DNA from: Dictyostelium discoideum
Lineage: Eukaryota
NCBI GenBank assembly: GCA_000004695.1
Contig: CM000151.3
Location: forward strand, 5,856,001-5,920,000
DNA length: 64,000 nucleotides
Direction of reading: 5' to 3'
In this document: positions 42,567 through 56,176 of the stretch, piece by piece
Position numbering within the stretch: the first letter of the stretch is position 1
How the letters are laid out: each line of letters begins with the position of its first letter
Translations under genes and position numbers: made by a program
The notes under the pieces: generated by a model
What the model was told of the DNA's origin: nothing
The model's database searches: none
Seen by the model: only the letters and a program-made list of their open reading frames with translations

Positions 42567-43851
42567 ATAATATAAAAAAAAAAAAAAAAATATTTAAAAA
42601 GCTTAAAAATAGAATAAAAAAATAAAATAACCTTTAAAAAGAGATGTTAGAAATTGATGGTATAAATAAATAAATAAGTTAAATTAAAAAAAAAAAAAAA
42701 ATAAATAAATAAGAAAATAAAAAAAATTAAAATAATTAAATAAAATCATAATTATAAAATAGCAACTTTGTATAGCTTATAACCTTAAAAAAAAATGTTA
42801 TCGCAATAATGGTAATAATAGTATAAAAACTATTGTTCTAGTAATAGGTTTTTTATTTTTTTTTTTTTTTTTTATTTTTTTTTTTGATATGTTGTTTTTT
42901 CTTTCTTTTTTAATATAATAATTTGTCATATTAATCTCACATTTTTGGTATCACCCCATTTTTTTATTTTTTTTTATTTTTTTATTTAATTTTTTTTTTT
43001 TTTTTGATGTTGTTGGGGTGTTTTTTTAAAAAAAAAAAAATAAAAAAGATAATTTAAATAATGATAAAATTAATAACAATAATTATAAAATAATAATAAT
43101 AAATTAATACGGGGTATTGACAGATGATAGATAGATAGAGAAGTTAATATTGTTTAATTAAATTTAATTTATTAAAACCAAAAAAGAAAAAAAAAAAAAC
43201 CAATTAACTTAAAAATGGGGGAATTTTTTGTTGTTTATTAAGTTTTTTTTTTTTTTTTTTAAAAATTTTTATTTTTTTAATTTGTTTTTTTTTTACATTA
43301 TATTTTTTTACACTTGTTCATAAAAGTAATTACCCACACAACAAACCACTAACACAATATATTTTTTTTTTTTTTTTTTTTTTTTATCAACAGTTAATAT
43401 AGTTTAATATTTTCCCAAAAACAAAATATTTTAATTATTATTTTTTTTTAATTCACAACTGCACAACCAAATAATTGAAAAATATATACACATATAAATA
43501 ATATAAAACATATATATTAATTTCAATTTTAGTTCAATAATAACAACAACAAAAAAAAAAACCGCACCCCTCAACAGCAAATTTTAGTAATAACCTTTTT
43601 TTTATTAATTAGACCCCAAGTATAATGGCATTTGGAACCCAAAAAGAATCATCATCTTCATCATCAATTTTTAATAATTATAATATTAGCAATAAACAAC
43701 AAAAACAACAACAAGACAATAATAAAAATAATTCAAATCTATCAGTATCATCATTTTTTTATCAAATTAATAATCACATTCACAGTTTTGCCACTCAATT
43801 TTATTGGAAAGAAAACTTAGATTCACCACATTGTAAAGAAGGTTCTAAAAG

Positions 43852-45855
43852 ATGTTGCTTACCCCTCAACAATTCAATGATCCTCGTTATGGATCACCAA
43901 CAGAAAAATATTTGGCTTTATTAGAAAATACCCATATAACTTGTCGTGGAAATATAATTTCAAATCAACAACAACAACAACAACAACAACAAGAGCAACA
44001 ATCAACAGGATCCTCACCAAAATCACAAACAATAAAAAATTCATCAAATAATAAAAATAATAATAATAATACCTCACCAAGAAAAAATAAAAATAAAAAA
44101 TCACCAACAATGAATAGTTTCAATAGTAATAAATTATTTAAAAAATCATTAACATCCTCTTCTGATTCATCCTCTGATGAATATTCAGAGAGTGAAGAAG
44201 AAGAAGAGCAAGTAGAGGAGGATGAAGAAAATAGTGACGAAGGTGATTTAAATGATAAATCTACTAAATTCCTTTCAAATAACCAAAAATCCATTCATGA
44301 ACAAGAGGATTTAGCAGATGATGATTCTTCTGACTTAGATAGTAACCACCACCAAGAGGAAGAAGACTATTCATTAACCTCTGAAGAGGAGGAAATCTTA
44401 TCGGATGATGAATCAACTGATAAATCATCATCATCAGAGGAGGAGGAAGATTCTGAATCCGAGTCAGAATCAGAAGAAGAATCAGGAAATGACTCATCAT
44501 CATCGGTAACAGATGAATCGGATGAAGAAGATCATAATAGAGAATGGTCAAATGTAAATAGTAATCTCAGCTTAAAAAAGAGTGTATCATCAATACTTTT
44601 CAAGTTTACAGATTGTGATTCAACCAGTGATTCAGATGAGGAAATGGATAGTAGCAGTGGCCAAGAAGGTTCATTCTCTGATAAAGACATTGATGTTTTC
44701 GATGACTCATTCCTTCAAGTACCAACATCTTACTCTATCAATATCTCTCCCAGAAAATCATCTGAACAATTAAAACAACAAAGTGGCGACTTTGAAGAGG
44801 TTGATGGAGGTTACCTTGGCCAAAAACCACTCGTTTCCAAAATAAATGAAAACAAATTTAATAATGGTTCTGTGGCTTCATCTGATGATGATGATGATGA
44901 ACTTAACAATGGCAACAACAATAGATACTATGACGATAGTGAAGAAGAGTTAAATAGAGAGATTGTAAAAAGAGAACAAGAGAATGATAAAAAAGTATTG
45001 GTTGCAATTAGAAAATCAATTAATGGTATAAACTCTGGTGATAATGAAAGTATGGTGGAAAAACCATGTTGGTATGGTTTTGAAGATGATAATCATATCA
45101 AGGTTATCTTTCAACATTATTCTTCTTTCTTGCAAATTGATCAAGAGGTTAAACATACATTACGTGGCCCAAAACCTTTCATTGGCAGAGTTCATCGTAG
45201 AGCTATCAAATATGATGGTGGTGAGGTTGGTTGTAAATTCACCACTTTGGACACTGTAAAAGTTTATCGTTGGGAAATTCAACCAATTGGTAGACCCCTA
45301 AATCTTTACAAATCATTTGTATTATTAACACGTTGGGATGAAGAAAATGGCTTACCTACCAAATTTCAAAAGGTAAACTCTCTCTCAAACAAAGACTTTT
45401 GGGCAAATGAAGCAAAATCTTTAAAATCCCAAAGTAAAATCTCCTCTTACTTGTATTGCTCACCAATGTTTGATACTGATTTCACTTTTAATTATTCAAT
45501 TGACTCTGAAAAATATCCAGTTGATTTCTTACCAAATAGTCCAATACTATCAAGTAGAAGACATCATAATCATCATCACCACAGTAATAGTGATGGTGGT
45601 TTTGATCATCAACAACAACAACAACAAAACCATCACTCACCAAAACAATATCTTCATCCTTTAACTAGTTTAAATCGTAACAACAAATTATCAGATTCTC
45701 AATTGTTACCATCAATCAAAACACCAACTTTATCAGTTGGTGGTATAGTACCTCAAAGAAGATCAAGTCATCCTTCTCTTTTATTATCCTCACATATTTA
45801 CTCTCATTCAATCACTTTTGGATTTAAAGATAAATGTAATAATGATTTAAATTAA
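43852..45855 (+). CDS. Acidic Ser/Asp/Glu-rich protein (667 aa) with a conserved C-terminal globular domain
   Basis: A long (SSD/SEEEE)n acidic region is followed by ..KPCWYGFEDDNHIKVIFQHYSSFLQIDQEVKHTLRGPKPFIGRVHRRAIKYDGGEVGCKFTTLDTVKVYRWEIQPIGRPLNLYKSFVLLTRWDEENGLPTKF.. The overlapping upstream ORF 43625..43924 is in a different frame and was not joined. Confidence 0.55.
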   Translation: MLLTPQQFNDPRYGSPTEKYLALLENTHITCRGNIISNQQQQQQQQQEQQSTGSSPKSQTIKNSSNNKNNNNNTSPRKNKNKKSPTMNSFNSNKLFKKSLTSSSDSSSDEYSESEEEEEQVEEDEENSDEGDLNDKSTKFLSNNQKSIHEQEDLADDDSSDLDSNHHQEEEDYSLTSEEEEILSDDESTDKSSSSEEEEDSESESESEEESGNDSSSSVTDESDEEDHNREWSNVNSNLSLKKSVSSILFKFTDCDSTSDSDEEMDSSSGQEGSFSDKDIDVFDDSFLQVPTSYSINISPRKSSEQLKQQSGDFEEVDGGYLGQKPLVSKINENKFNNGSVASSDDDDDELNNGNNNRYYDDSEEELNREIVKREQENDKKVLVAIRKSINGINSGDNESMVEKPCWYGFEDDNHIKVIFQHYSSFLQIDQEVKHTLRGPKPFIGRVHRRAIKYDGGEVGCKFTTLDTVKVYRWEIQPIGRPLNLYKSFVLLTRWDEENGLPTKFQKVNSLSNKDFWANEAKSLKSQSKISSYLYCSPMFDTDFTFNYSIDSEKYPVDFLPNSPILSSRRHHNHHHHSNSDGGFDHQQQQQQNHHSPKQYLHPLTSLNRNNKLSDSQLLPSIKTPTLSVGGIVPQRRSSHPSLLLSSHIYSHSITFGFKDKCNNDLN

Positions 45856-46159
45856 AAAAAAAAAAAAAAAAAAATTTATTTAATCATTTAAAAAAAAAAA
45901 AAAAAAAAAAGAAAAAAAAATATGTAAAAATATCTAATCACGCCATATATCTCTCTGTAAATAAATAAAAAACATTTTTAAAAAAAAAAAAAAAAAAAAA
46001 AAAAGAATAAAACATTTTAAAAATTCCTTTTTTGGGAAATTAAACAAAATTTTTTCATTTAAAAAAAAAAAATAATAAAAAAAAAAAAAATCATTAAAAA
46101 AAAAAAATCATAAAAAAAAAAAAATTAAAAAAAATTGATTTTCAATTATTGAATTTTTA

Positions 46160-46192
<33 letters not shown>

Positions 46193-46524
46193 TTGTTTTG
46201 TTATAAAGAATCCTTGAAACGAGGTAAATATACATATTAAAAACATTATAGTCCATTACAACCATTTTAAACCCCCCAACCCACACCACGCATTAAAATT
46301 TATTTAATTTTAATTTTAAATACTCTATAAGGGGGTGGTAACTTTGATTTAGAATTTTATTTTTTTTTATTTTTCCATTTTTTTTATATTTTTTTATTTG
46401 TTTTATTATTTATAGTTGGTTGTGTAACATAAAATCAAAAATTTTATAATTGTTATTTCAATTTAATACCACCATACTACCACTACCATTATATTAATAA
46501 TACAAATATAAAAGTTTATTGTAT

Positions 46525-46587
<63 letters not shown>

Positions 46588-46707
46588 AATATCACATTAA
46601 TAAACACAGACACACAAACATACATACACATTAAATTTATACAAATATATAAAAATACATTCATAATTTAGACTTGTTGTAATTGTTAATAATTTTTTTT
46701 TATTTTG

Positions 46708-46742
<35 letters not shown>

Positions 46743-47116
46743 ATTGTCCCCTCTTTGGGTCATCTTATATAATCCTTTCTACTAATCAACTTGTTTATAG
46801 AAATTTATGTTTTTATTATTGTTATTTTCTATTTTTATTTTATATTACAATAACACTTATACAAATTAATTTTTTAAATTTCTTTCTAAATTTCCACACT
46901 TTTTTATTATTTTTTTTTTTTTTTTTTTTTTTTTACTTACTGTTAATTTTTTTTTTTATTTTTTTTTATTATTTCATTTTATTTTATTTTAAAATTTCAT
47001 ACATATCAAAATAAAAAATTAATTTTATATGTATTTTTATTAATAAAATTTTTTTTTTTTCTCTCTTATTTTTTAAATAATAATAATAATAAAAAAAAAA
47101 AAAAAAAGAAATAAAA

Positions 47117-48832
47117 ATGTTAAGAGGTATTGAAATTAGAGGAAAAGTTGATAAAAATGTTAAATCAATATTAACAGAAGAGTGTTTAACATTTTTAGGA
47201 GAATTAGAAAGAAGATTTGGAGGTATTAGAAAGAACTTATTACAAAAGAGATTAGATAGACAAATTGATATTAATAATGGTATTTTACCAAGTTTTTTAA
47301 AGGATAGCGATTGTAAGAGAGCCACAGATAAGAATTGGAAATGTTCTTCAGTACCATTAGAAATTCAAGATCGTCGTGTTGAAATTACCGGACCTACCGA
47401 TAGAAAGATGGTAATCAATGCATTGAATTCAGGTGCTAAAGTATTTATGGCAGATTTCGAGGATGCAAATTGCCCAAATTGGGAAAACTCGATCCACGGT
47501 CAACAAAATATGATTGATGCAAACAATAGAACCATTTCATTCACTTCAGCAGAGGGTAGAAAATATGAATTAAATAAACAGGTGGCAGTACTTTTCGTCA
47601 GACCAAGAGGTTGGCATTTAAATGAAGATCATTTAGCTATTGATGGTCTTTCAATGTCTGGTTCTTTATTTGATTTTGGTTGTTATATTTTTCATAATCA
47701 TCAAATTTTAAAAAATAGAAATTCAAATCCATATTTTTATTTACCAAAAATGGAATCACATTTAGAAGCAAGATTATGGAATGTAAGTTTAATTTAATTT
47801 AATTTATATACAAAAGAAAAAAAAAAATATATATTAATATATTAATATATTTTCTTTTTTTTTAAGGATGTATTTGTATTTTCACAAAATTATTTAGGTA
47901 TGCCAATTGGTACAATTAAAGCAACAGTATTAATTGAAACTATTTTAGCATCATTTGAAATGGATGAGATTTTATATGAACTTAGAGATCATTCAGCTGG
48001 TTTGAATTGTGGTAGATGGGATTATATTTTTAGTTTTATAAAGAAATTCCAATCATATCCAGATAAGATGTTACCAGATAGAGCAAAGGTAACAATGACA
48101 AGTCCATTCATGGATTCCTATGTAAAGTTATTGATTTACACTTGTCATAAGAGGGGTGTACATGCTATGGGTGGTATGGCTGCACAGATTCCAATTAAAA
48201 ACAATGAACAAGCAAATAATGCAGCTATGGAAAAAGTTAGATTGGATAAACAAAGAGAGGTTAGAGCTGGTCATGACGGTACCTGGGTTGCCCATCCAGC
48301 TTTAATTCCAATTGCAATGGAACAATTTAATACTCATATGAAATCTCAAAATCAAATTTCATACATTCCATCATCAACTGCTCCAAATTTTGAAGAGATT
48401 GCTAAATCATTGTTATCAGTCGACCCTGTTAAACCAGGTGATATCACTGAGGATGGCTTTAGAAGTAATATCGTTGTTGGTATTCTATATCTTGAAGCTT
48501 GGTTAAATGGTAATGGTTGTGTACCAATTCATAATCTTATGGAAGATGCTGCTACCGCTGAAATTTCAAGATCTCAAATTTGGCAATGGATTAAACATAA
48601 AGCACCATTACCTGATGGTAAATCATTCGTTACCCTTCAATATTACAATAGAATCTTTAAAGAGGAATCTGATAAATTGGAAAAAGCTCATCCAAATTCT
48701 AAAACTTTAACTGATGCCATTCAAATCTTTAATAATTTAATTGTCTCTCCAAATTTCATTGACTTTTTAACACCTTCTTGTTATAAATTTGTTGTCGATT
48801 CTGAAAGAAAAACTTTTTCTCCAAAATTATAA
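47117..48832 (+). CDS. Malate synthase (glyoxylate cycle); exons at 47117..47782 and 47867..48832; C-terminal SKL is a PTS1 peroxisomal/glyoxysomal targeting signal
   Basis: Colinear with malate synthases (..PTDRKMVINALNSGAKVFMADFEDANCPNWENSIHGQQNMIDA.. and the catalytic region ..LRDHSAGLNCGRWDYIFSFIKKF..RAGHDGTWVAHP..). Donor TGGAAT|GTAAGT and acceptor AG|GATGTATTT are both in phase 0. It ends ..TFSPKL*. Confidence 0.9.
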
Positions 48833-49492
48833 AAAAAAAAAAAAAAAAATAAATAATAAAATAAAATTAATTAATAAATAAGAATAATCATGAGTTTCCC
48901 CAAAAATAAAAAAAAAAACCTTTGATAAAAATAAAATTATTATTAAAATATTTTATTTTTTATTTTCATCTTTTATTGCTGGAGTATACCATGTTTCATT
49001 TTCCAAATCAGATAATCCTGGCAAAATTTTGATAAAATAAATATTAAAATAAAAATAAAATAAATATTCTTTGATTATTAATTTATTTATTAGTGTATCT
49101 TATTGTTTTTATACAAATTTACAATATTTCCTACTGATTTTTGAAAATGGAACTTTTTTACAAGTTTTCCAGGATTAATTGATTTGGAAATTTTTAAAAA
49201 TGCAGCAAAAAAAAGATGAAAATAAATAATAAAATATTTTAATAATTATTTTATTATTATCAAAGGTTTTTTATATTTTATTTTATTTTTTTTTTTGGTG
49301 AAATTTAAAAAATTATTAATAAATTTAATAATTTTTATTTTTATTTTTTTTATTTTTTTTTCATTTTTTGTTTTTAAAAAAAAGAAAATTAAGAGGAAAT
49401 TAAAAAATAAAAGTAAAAAAAAAAAGTGGCTCCACCAGCACCGCATAAATAACTTAAGTGATGAAATTTTAACAACTTAAAAATAATTATTA

Positions 49493-49532
<40 letters not shown>

Positions 49533-49994
49533 AGGTAAAATAAACAATATTGTGAAATATATATTATGAATTATTTTTAAAGAAAAAATTTCAAATTCTG
49601 GAACTCACATTTTTAGGCTATGAAAGTTCTTTTTTAATTTCATTAAAAAAAAAAAAAAAAAAGTAAAAAATAAAAGAAATAAAAAAAATATATGAAACGT
49701 TAATTGTTTTTATTTTTTTATTTTTTTTTTTTTTTTTTGATTAATTTTTTTTTTTTTTTTTGGTCAACTATAGGGGGTTTTTTTTTTTCTTTTTTTTTTT
49801 TAATTTTTCTTTTAATTAATCAATCCACTAAAAAAAATAAAAATAAAAATATAGAAAAATACAAGAAACATTCAATTGATAAATCATATTTTTTTTAAAT
49901 TTAATTTTTTAATAACTCAATCTATACATATAACCTTACTTTTTTTTTTTTTTTTTTTTTGGTATTTTATTTTTGTAATATATTATTTTAAAAA

Positions 49995-50888
<894 letters not shown>

Positions 50889-51571
50889 GGTTAAATTGTA
50901 AACACCCTATTAATAACTCTAAAGGATTCATTTTTTTTTTTATACATTTTCATTTTTTTTTTTTTTTTTTTTTTATTTACCCATAAATAATTTAAGTTAA
51001 CCTGGATTGGTCTGTATATTTTTAATATTTTCTTTCTTTTTCTTAAAAAAATTGTAAATAAAATCATTTTCTTTCTTAATATCTTAAATTTTTTTTTAAT
51101 AATCATTATCTATTGTAATTAATATGTAATTTGCAGTATATTAATTTTAGTGGTTTTTTTTTGATTTTTTTTTTTTGCGTTGTATGAATTGCTGGTTTTT
51201 TTTTTATTGATCGGTTTGTATTTCTAGCCGATTTGCCAAGGATTGCCTGTATTTTTTGAGGCGAGCCATCTCCAGTTGAGCTTACTTATTACGAAGGAAG
51301 GCCAAGATTCTAACCAAAGTCTGTGAAGTTTCTTATGTAAAAGGCTTTTTTTATTTTAATATCGATTAATCAGTGTTTATCCATTTAAGGATATAAACAG
51401 TAATTAATAGTTTACTAATGATTTTTAATTTTTTTATAGTTATTATTTTAGTTTATCATCTAATAGAGAATTTATATTTTTTTATAAAAAAATAACAAAA
51501 CCAACAATAACACTATTTTATATAGTTTTAATTACTATCTCCTTTTTTTTTATGAAGACATTTTATTACTG

Positions 51572-51629
<58 letters not shown>

Positions 51630-51910
51630 TTATTTTATTTTTAGATGAATTGGTCGAATGAGATAAGATTCGTTAGCACTGATTCAGAATACAATATACT
51701 TTGCAAGTTAGTTTTCTTAGTTTGATTATTTGTATATGGAAATCTTTTGGGTCGTTAAAATTACTTGGATCTTTTGAAAGAGTTAATTTTGAGTCTTTTG
51801 CTTTTTTTATAAATTTTAGGGTGGCTAGTTTGTACCATTTATTATTTAAGCATTTTACATATGAGTAGTACTTTTTAGTTTAGATTTTTTTCAAACATTT
51901 GAAAGTTTTA

Positions 51911-51936
51911 TCGTACGGGAATCGAACACTTGCACC
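51911..51936 (-). promoter_or_regulatory. External B box (exB) downstream of the tRNA-Gln gene
   Basis: The minus strand reads ..TGGTGCAAGTGTTCGATTCCCGTACGA. It is a second B-box/T-arm-like GTTCGATTCCC element about 23-45 bp 3' of the tRNA. It is not part of a complete tRNA. Extra downstream B boxes of this kind are a known feature of Dictyostelium tRNA genes. Confidence 0.5.
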
Positions 51937-51958
51937 ATTTAAATTTTATTATAAAAAT

Positions 51959-52030
51959 GGTTCTACTGAGACTCGAACTCAGATTACAGGATTCAAAGTC
52001 CTGGGTGCTAACCAATTACACTATAAAACC
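51959..52030 (-). tRNA. tRNA-Gln(UUG): tRNA-Gln (anticodon UUG), 72 nt
   Basis: The minus strand reads GGTTTTATAGTGTAATTGGTTAGCACCCAGGACTTTGAATCCTGTAATCTGAGTTCGAGTCTCAGTAGAACC. It folds as a 7-bp acceptor stem, D arm, anticodon stem CCAGG/CCTGG with loop CTTTGAA (anticodon TTG), and a T arm (TGAGT TCGAGTC TCAGT) with an internal B box GGTTCGAGTCTC-like. Confidence 0.85.
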
Positions 52031-52176
52031 TTTGATGTTTTTTTAATAAAAATACATCATTAGATATAAAATATTTTAAATAGGAAAAAATAAATATTAA
52101 TATTTTATGTTATTGATTAAAAAAATAACTAGTATGTCATAATAAAATAATTATTTATTTTATTCAAATTTGAATA

Positions 52177-52680
52177 CTATTTAATATAGTTGAAAAACAA
52201 ATATTTATAATTCGATTGTTTCTCCATCCAATGGGATTTTAACATTTGAATATTTATTTTTTTGACATAGTCATTCAATTCTTTACGAGAAAGAATGCAA
52301 CCATGTTGGCAAGATGTTAAATGTAATGTAATACCATTGAATTCTAAACCTTCTTTTAGTGTTCTTACATCTTGAAACCACATTTTCTTACTTGATCCGC
52401 ATCAATTCCATTTTGACAATAAATTAGTTTCTCTTTTGGTAACACTTTTTTTGCAACTTCATCCCAATGATCTGGATGCAAATGAGTTTATAAACTTTCT
52501 GTTGGTACTGGTAATCCCACCATTGGATTTCGAATATGAGAATTTACTGTACCTTCAAATCTGGATATTCATCTTTTTGCCAACAAAGGATCTATTAAAA
52601 ATTTCTTTCCTCCATACTTTAAAACAAATGTTGCATTTCTAATTAATTGAAAACTATCTTTATTATTCATTCCTTCTTTT
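52177..52680 (-). pseudogene. Fragmented pseudogene of an MBL-fold metallo-hydrolase (Lactamase_B_2/COG2220 type, NAPE-PLD-like)
   Basis: The minus strand reads MNNKDSFQLIRNATFVLKYGGKKFLIDPLLAKR* .. GTVNSHIRNPMVGLPVPTESL* THLHPDHWDEVAKKVLPKEKLIYCQNGIDADQVRK (frameshift) MWFQDVRTLKEGLEFNGITLHLTSCQHG... It has the THxHxDH metal-binding motif and the N-terminal LIDP block. There are at least 2 in-frame stops and 2 frameshifts in 500 bp, and the C-terminus is truncated. Confidence 0.6.
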
Positions 52681-53270
52681 AAAAAAAAATAAAATACAAT
52701 TAAATTATTTTAATATATTTATATATTATTTTTTTTTTTCCTTTTTTTTATTTTTTTTTTTTTTTTGTTAAAAAGTTTACCACACAGCCAGCACTTGTGT
52801 TTTGTGTTGTTTTTATGAAATGAAAAAAAATCAAATAAAATGCTTAAAAAAATATAAAAATAAATTATAATATATTTTTTTTTGAAATTTTTACTTTATA
52901 TTAAATTAAAAAAGAAAGTTGTAGCAACATGGACGAACGATATCGTCAGGATTTATTCAGATAGCGTAGATACCAGCGCAACTTTTTCTTCCTAAAAATC
53001 ACAAGGCACATCTAAACATGTTAGATACATCTCAAAGGTTGATTTAAAGGGTTAAACTATAAATTCTAAAATTCAATAACAATTTTTTTAAGTTTAAACC
53101 TCTATCGTCTGTAATTTATGGGAATTTTTTTTAAAAAAAAAAAATTTTGGTTGCTTTGGCGAAAAAAAAAAAAAAAAAAAAAAATAAACAAAAAAAAAAA
53201 TATCTTTTTGTGTGGTTGATTTGGTGAAAAAAAAAAAAGAGAAATTTATTTACAAAGATTTTTTTTTATT

Positions 53271-53493
53271 TTAAGTTTTTAATAGTTTTCTTTGACCATC
53301 TTGTTCTTCATTAACATTGCTATTGTTGTTATTACTATTACTATTGTTGGTATTACTATTTGTGAAATCTCTAGAAATTGAACGTTTTCTTGGCAAAATA
53401 TTATTTTTATTTTTATCGTCATCCAAATTATTTTCATTACTTTGATTATTGTTATCATTATCATTATCATTATTATTACTATTATTATTGTTA

Positions 53494-53549
<56 letters not shown>

Positions 53550-54420
53550 GTTATTATTTAAAATGCTTTCCATATTTGAACTACCGATACTTCCAATTGA
53601 TAATCTATAATCTCTTGATGATTTTCTAAATCTATCATCATAGAAACCACTTTCATTAATTGGGGCAAAGTCGATACTACCACTGAACAATCCCTCTGGT
53701 AAGAATGTACTATTTCTTCTTTCAAAGATACTTATTTTCCTCTCTGAAAAGAATGGATTACTATTTTTTCGAAGCGGATCATTAAATGAAAATAATCCAT
53801 TTTGAATACTATTCTTTCTCTCAAAGAATGGATCGTTGTACATCATTGAATCTCCATAGTTTGGTGGCGGTATAGTATTGGTAGACATTGGATTTGGTAT
53901 TATAATATTTATACCACCGCTATTATTTGAAGAGGGGGTTGATGCTTGAATTATATCGACGCTATTACTACTACTTCCACTACCACCACCACCACCGCCA
54001 GAACTATTATTACCATTTGTACTACTACTACTGCCACTGCTACTGCTACTACTACTACTATTGTTGTTGTTATGGTGATGGTGATGATGATGATGGTGAT
54101 GATATTGAGAGGGTGTATTATTACTATTTACACTATTATTTGAATTATTTAAATTGGGAGTCGAAAGTGTTGCTGGTGAATGAGCGGTATTCGCTCCACC
54201 AGGTGTTGAAGAATAACTACTTGTTGAAGGAGAATCAACAGTGGTTTGTGGTTCATACTCTGGAGATATCGTATACTCTGGTAATTTTATTGCTTGTATT
54301 GGTGTAAGAGAAGATAAAACAATTGGTATATCTTGTGGAGGTGGTTGTTGTTGTTGGTGTTGTTGGTGTTGTTGAATTGGTGGTACATTTTTATTTTGTT
54401 GTGAAATTTGGTTTGATTTA

Positions 54421-54499
<79 letters not shown>

Positions 54500-55169
54500 C
54501 TTGAATTATTGACATTGAAGGGGGTTGTAATTGTTGTGGAGTGAATTGGATATGATGTATTGGTTGTTCAGTTGTTGGTATTGTTGTAGACATTGTTGTT
54601 AGTATTATTGGTGGTTGTTGTAGTTGTTGTTGTGAATGCTGTACAGGTGATTTCAATAAATTCAATTGCGAGGTGTTATTGATATTTTCTCTTTCTAATT
54701 TATCTTTAGATTGTTGCTCTTGTTGTTTTTCTAGTTTCTCTTTTTCCTCTTTCTCCAATCTTTCTTTTTCTTCTTTCTCTTGTTTTTCTTTTTCTTTTTC
54801 TTGTTTTTCCTTTTCCTTTTCTTGTTTTTCTTTTTCCTTTTCTTTTTCTTTTTCTTTTTTCTCCTTGTTTTTTTCTTTTTCAGTTTTTTTCTTTTCTTTT
54901 GATTTCTGTTTGGTTTCTTTCTTTAGAGACTCTTTTGTTTTTTTATCGGATTTCTTTTTATCTTCTTTTTTAGATTTTTTAATTGGTTTTTCATCATTAT
55001 TATTTGAGGTTGTTGTGGTAGTAGTTGTTTCTTGTGTATTGTTATTATTATTAAAATTTTGTTGGGGTGGTTGTTGAGGTTGTGAAATCTGTTGTTGCAA
55101 CTGAGATCGTTGTTGTGATAATTGTTGTTGTTGCCCATTATAAAGATAAGGGGATGAATCTTGTGGAAT

Positions 55170-55263
<94 letters not shown>

Positions 55264-56098
55264 GGTGGTGGTGGATGTTTATTTTCAATTTGATGATATA
55301 AATAAACTGAAGGTATATTACTTGAATATAAAACTGAATTTTGTGAAGTTTTATATTGATTTTCTCGTGAATGCATGATCGAAGTTTTTGGATTAAATGA
55401 AAATAAAGTTTGATAGAAATAAGATGCTAACCTATTTAAAGATTCTTGACCACCACTATTCTTAAAGAATGTCGTATCCGTTGTAATATATTCACGATGA
55501 ATATGTTGAAGATGTTGTTGGTGTTGATCCATCATTTGTTGTTGTTGTTGGTGTTGTTGATGTTGTTGATGTTGTTGATGTTGTTGTTGCTGTTGTTGTT
55601 GCTGTTGTTGCATATGATGTTGCTGCATATTTTGAGGTGGTGATCCTGTAGAATTTTGTTGAGATGGTTGTTGTTGTGGTTGTTGTTGTTGTGGTTGTTG
55701 TTGAGATGGTGATATAGATTGTGGTATTAAATAATAAGGTTGAGGTTGTTGTTGTTGTTGTATTGGTCTTTGCGTTTGAATCAATGCTTGAGGTGTTGTC
55801 GAATTATAAGGTTGTGGTTGGTGTTGTTGTTGTTGTTGTTGTTGTTGTGGATTATATACATTATAATAACCATTACCATCTTGCAATGCTGGTGGTTTAT
55901 TTTGTTGTTGGTGTTGTTGCTGTATTTGTTGTTGTTGTTGTTGTTGCCAACTTGAAATTCCTTCTTGAGGTGATAGTGGCATATATCTTGGTTGTGGCGG
56001 AGTTACAGAACTTGTAATTACAGATGACCCACCTCCTACCATCACTCCTGAACCAGGTTGGTGGTACATTGTTTGCATTTCTTGTTGATATTTAAAAT

Positions 56099-56176
<78 letters not shown>

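Noticed and set aside
43625-43924. 99-aa ORF starting at ATG 43626, which overlaps the start of the 43852 gene in another frame
   Set aside because: It could be an upstream ORF or the real 5' exon. No canonical GT...AG pair joins it in phase to the downstream frame, so it was left out of the gene model (low confidence either way).
51901-51958. A possible second complete tRNA gene adjacent to tRNA-Gln
   Set aside because: Only a T-arm/B-box-like 3' segment is present (no D arm or anticodon arm). It was interpreted as an external B box and not as a tRNA gene.
52177-52642. Treating the track ORFs 52177..52383(-) and 52436..52642(+) as two small genes
   Set aside because: The plus-strand ORF is antisense to the MBL-hydrolase reading frame. 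The minus ORF is only one fragment of a frameshifted pseudogene.
54323-56017. Plus-strand poly-V/poly-L/poly-Y ORFs opposite the 53271..56372 gene
   Set aside because: They are the antisense of (CAA)n/(CAT)n coding repeats.
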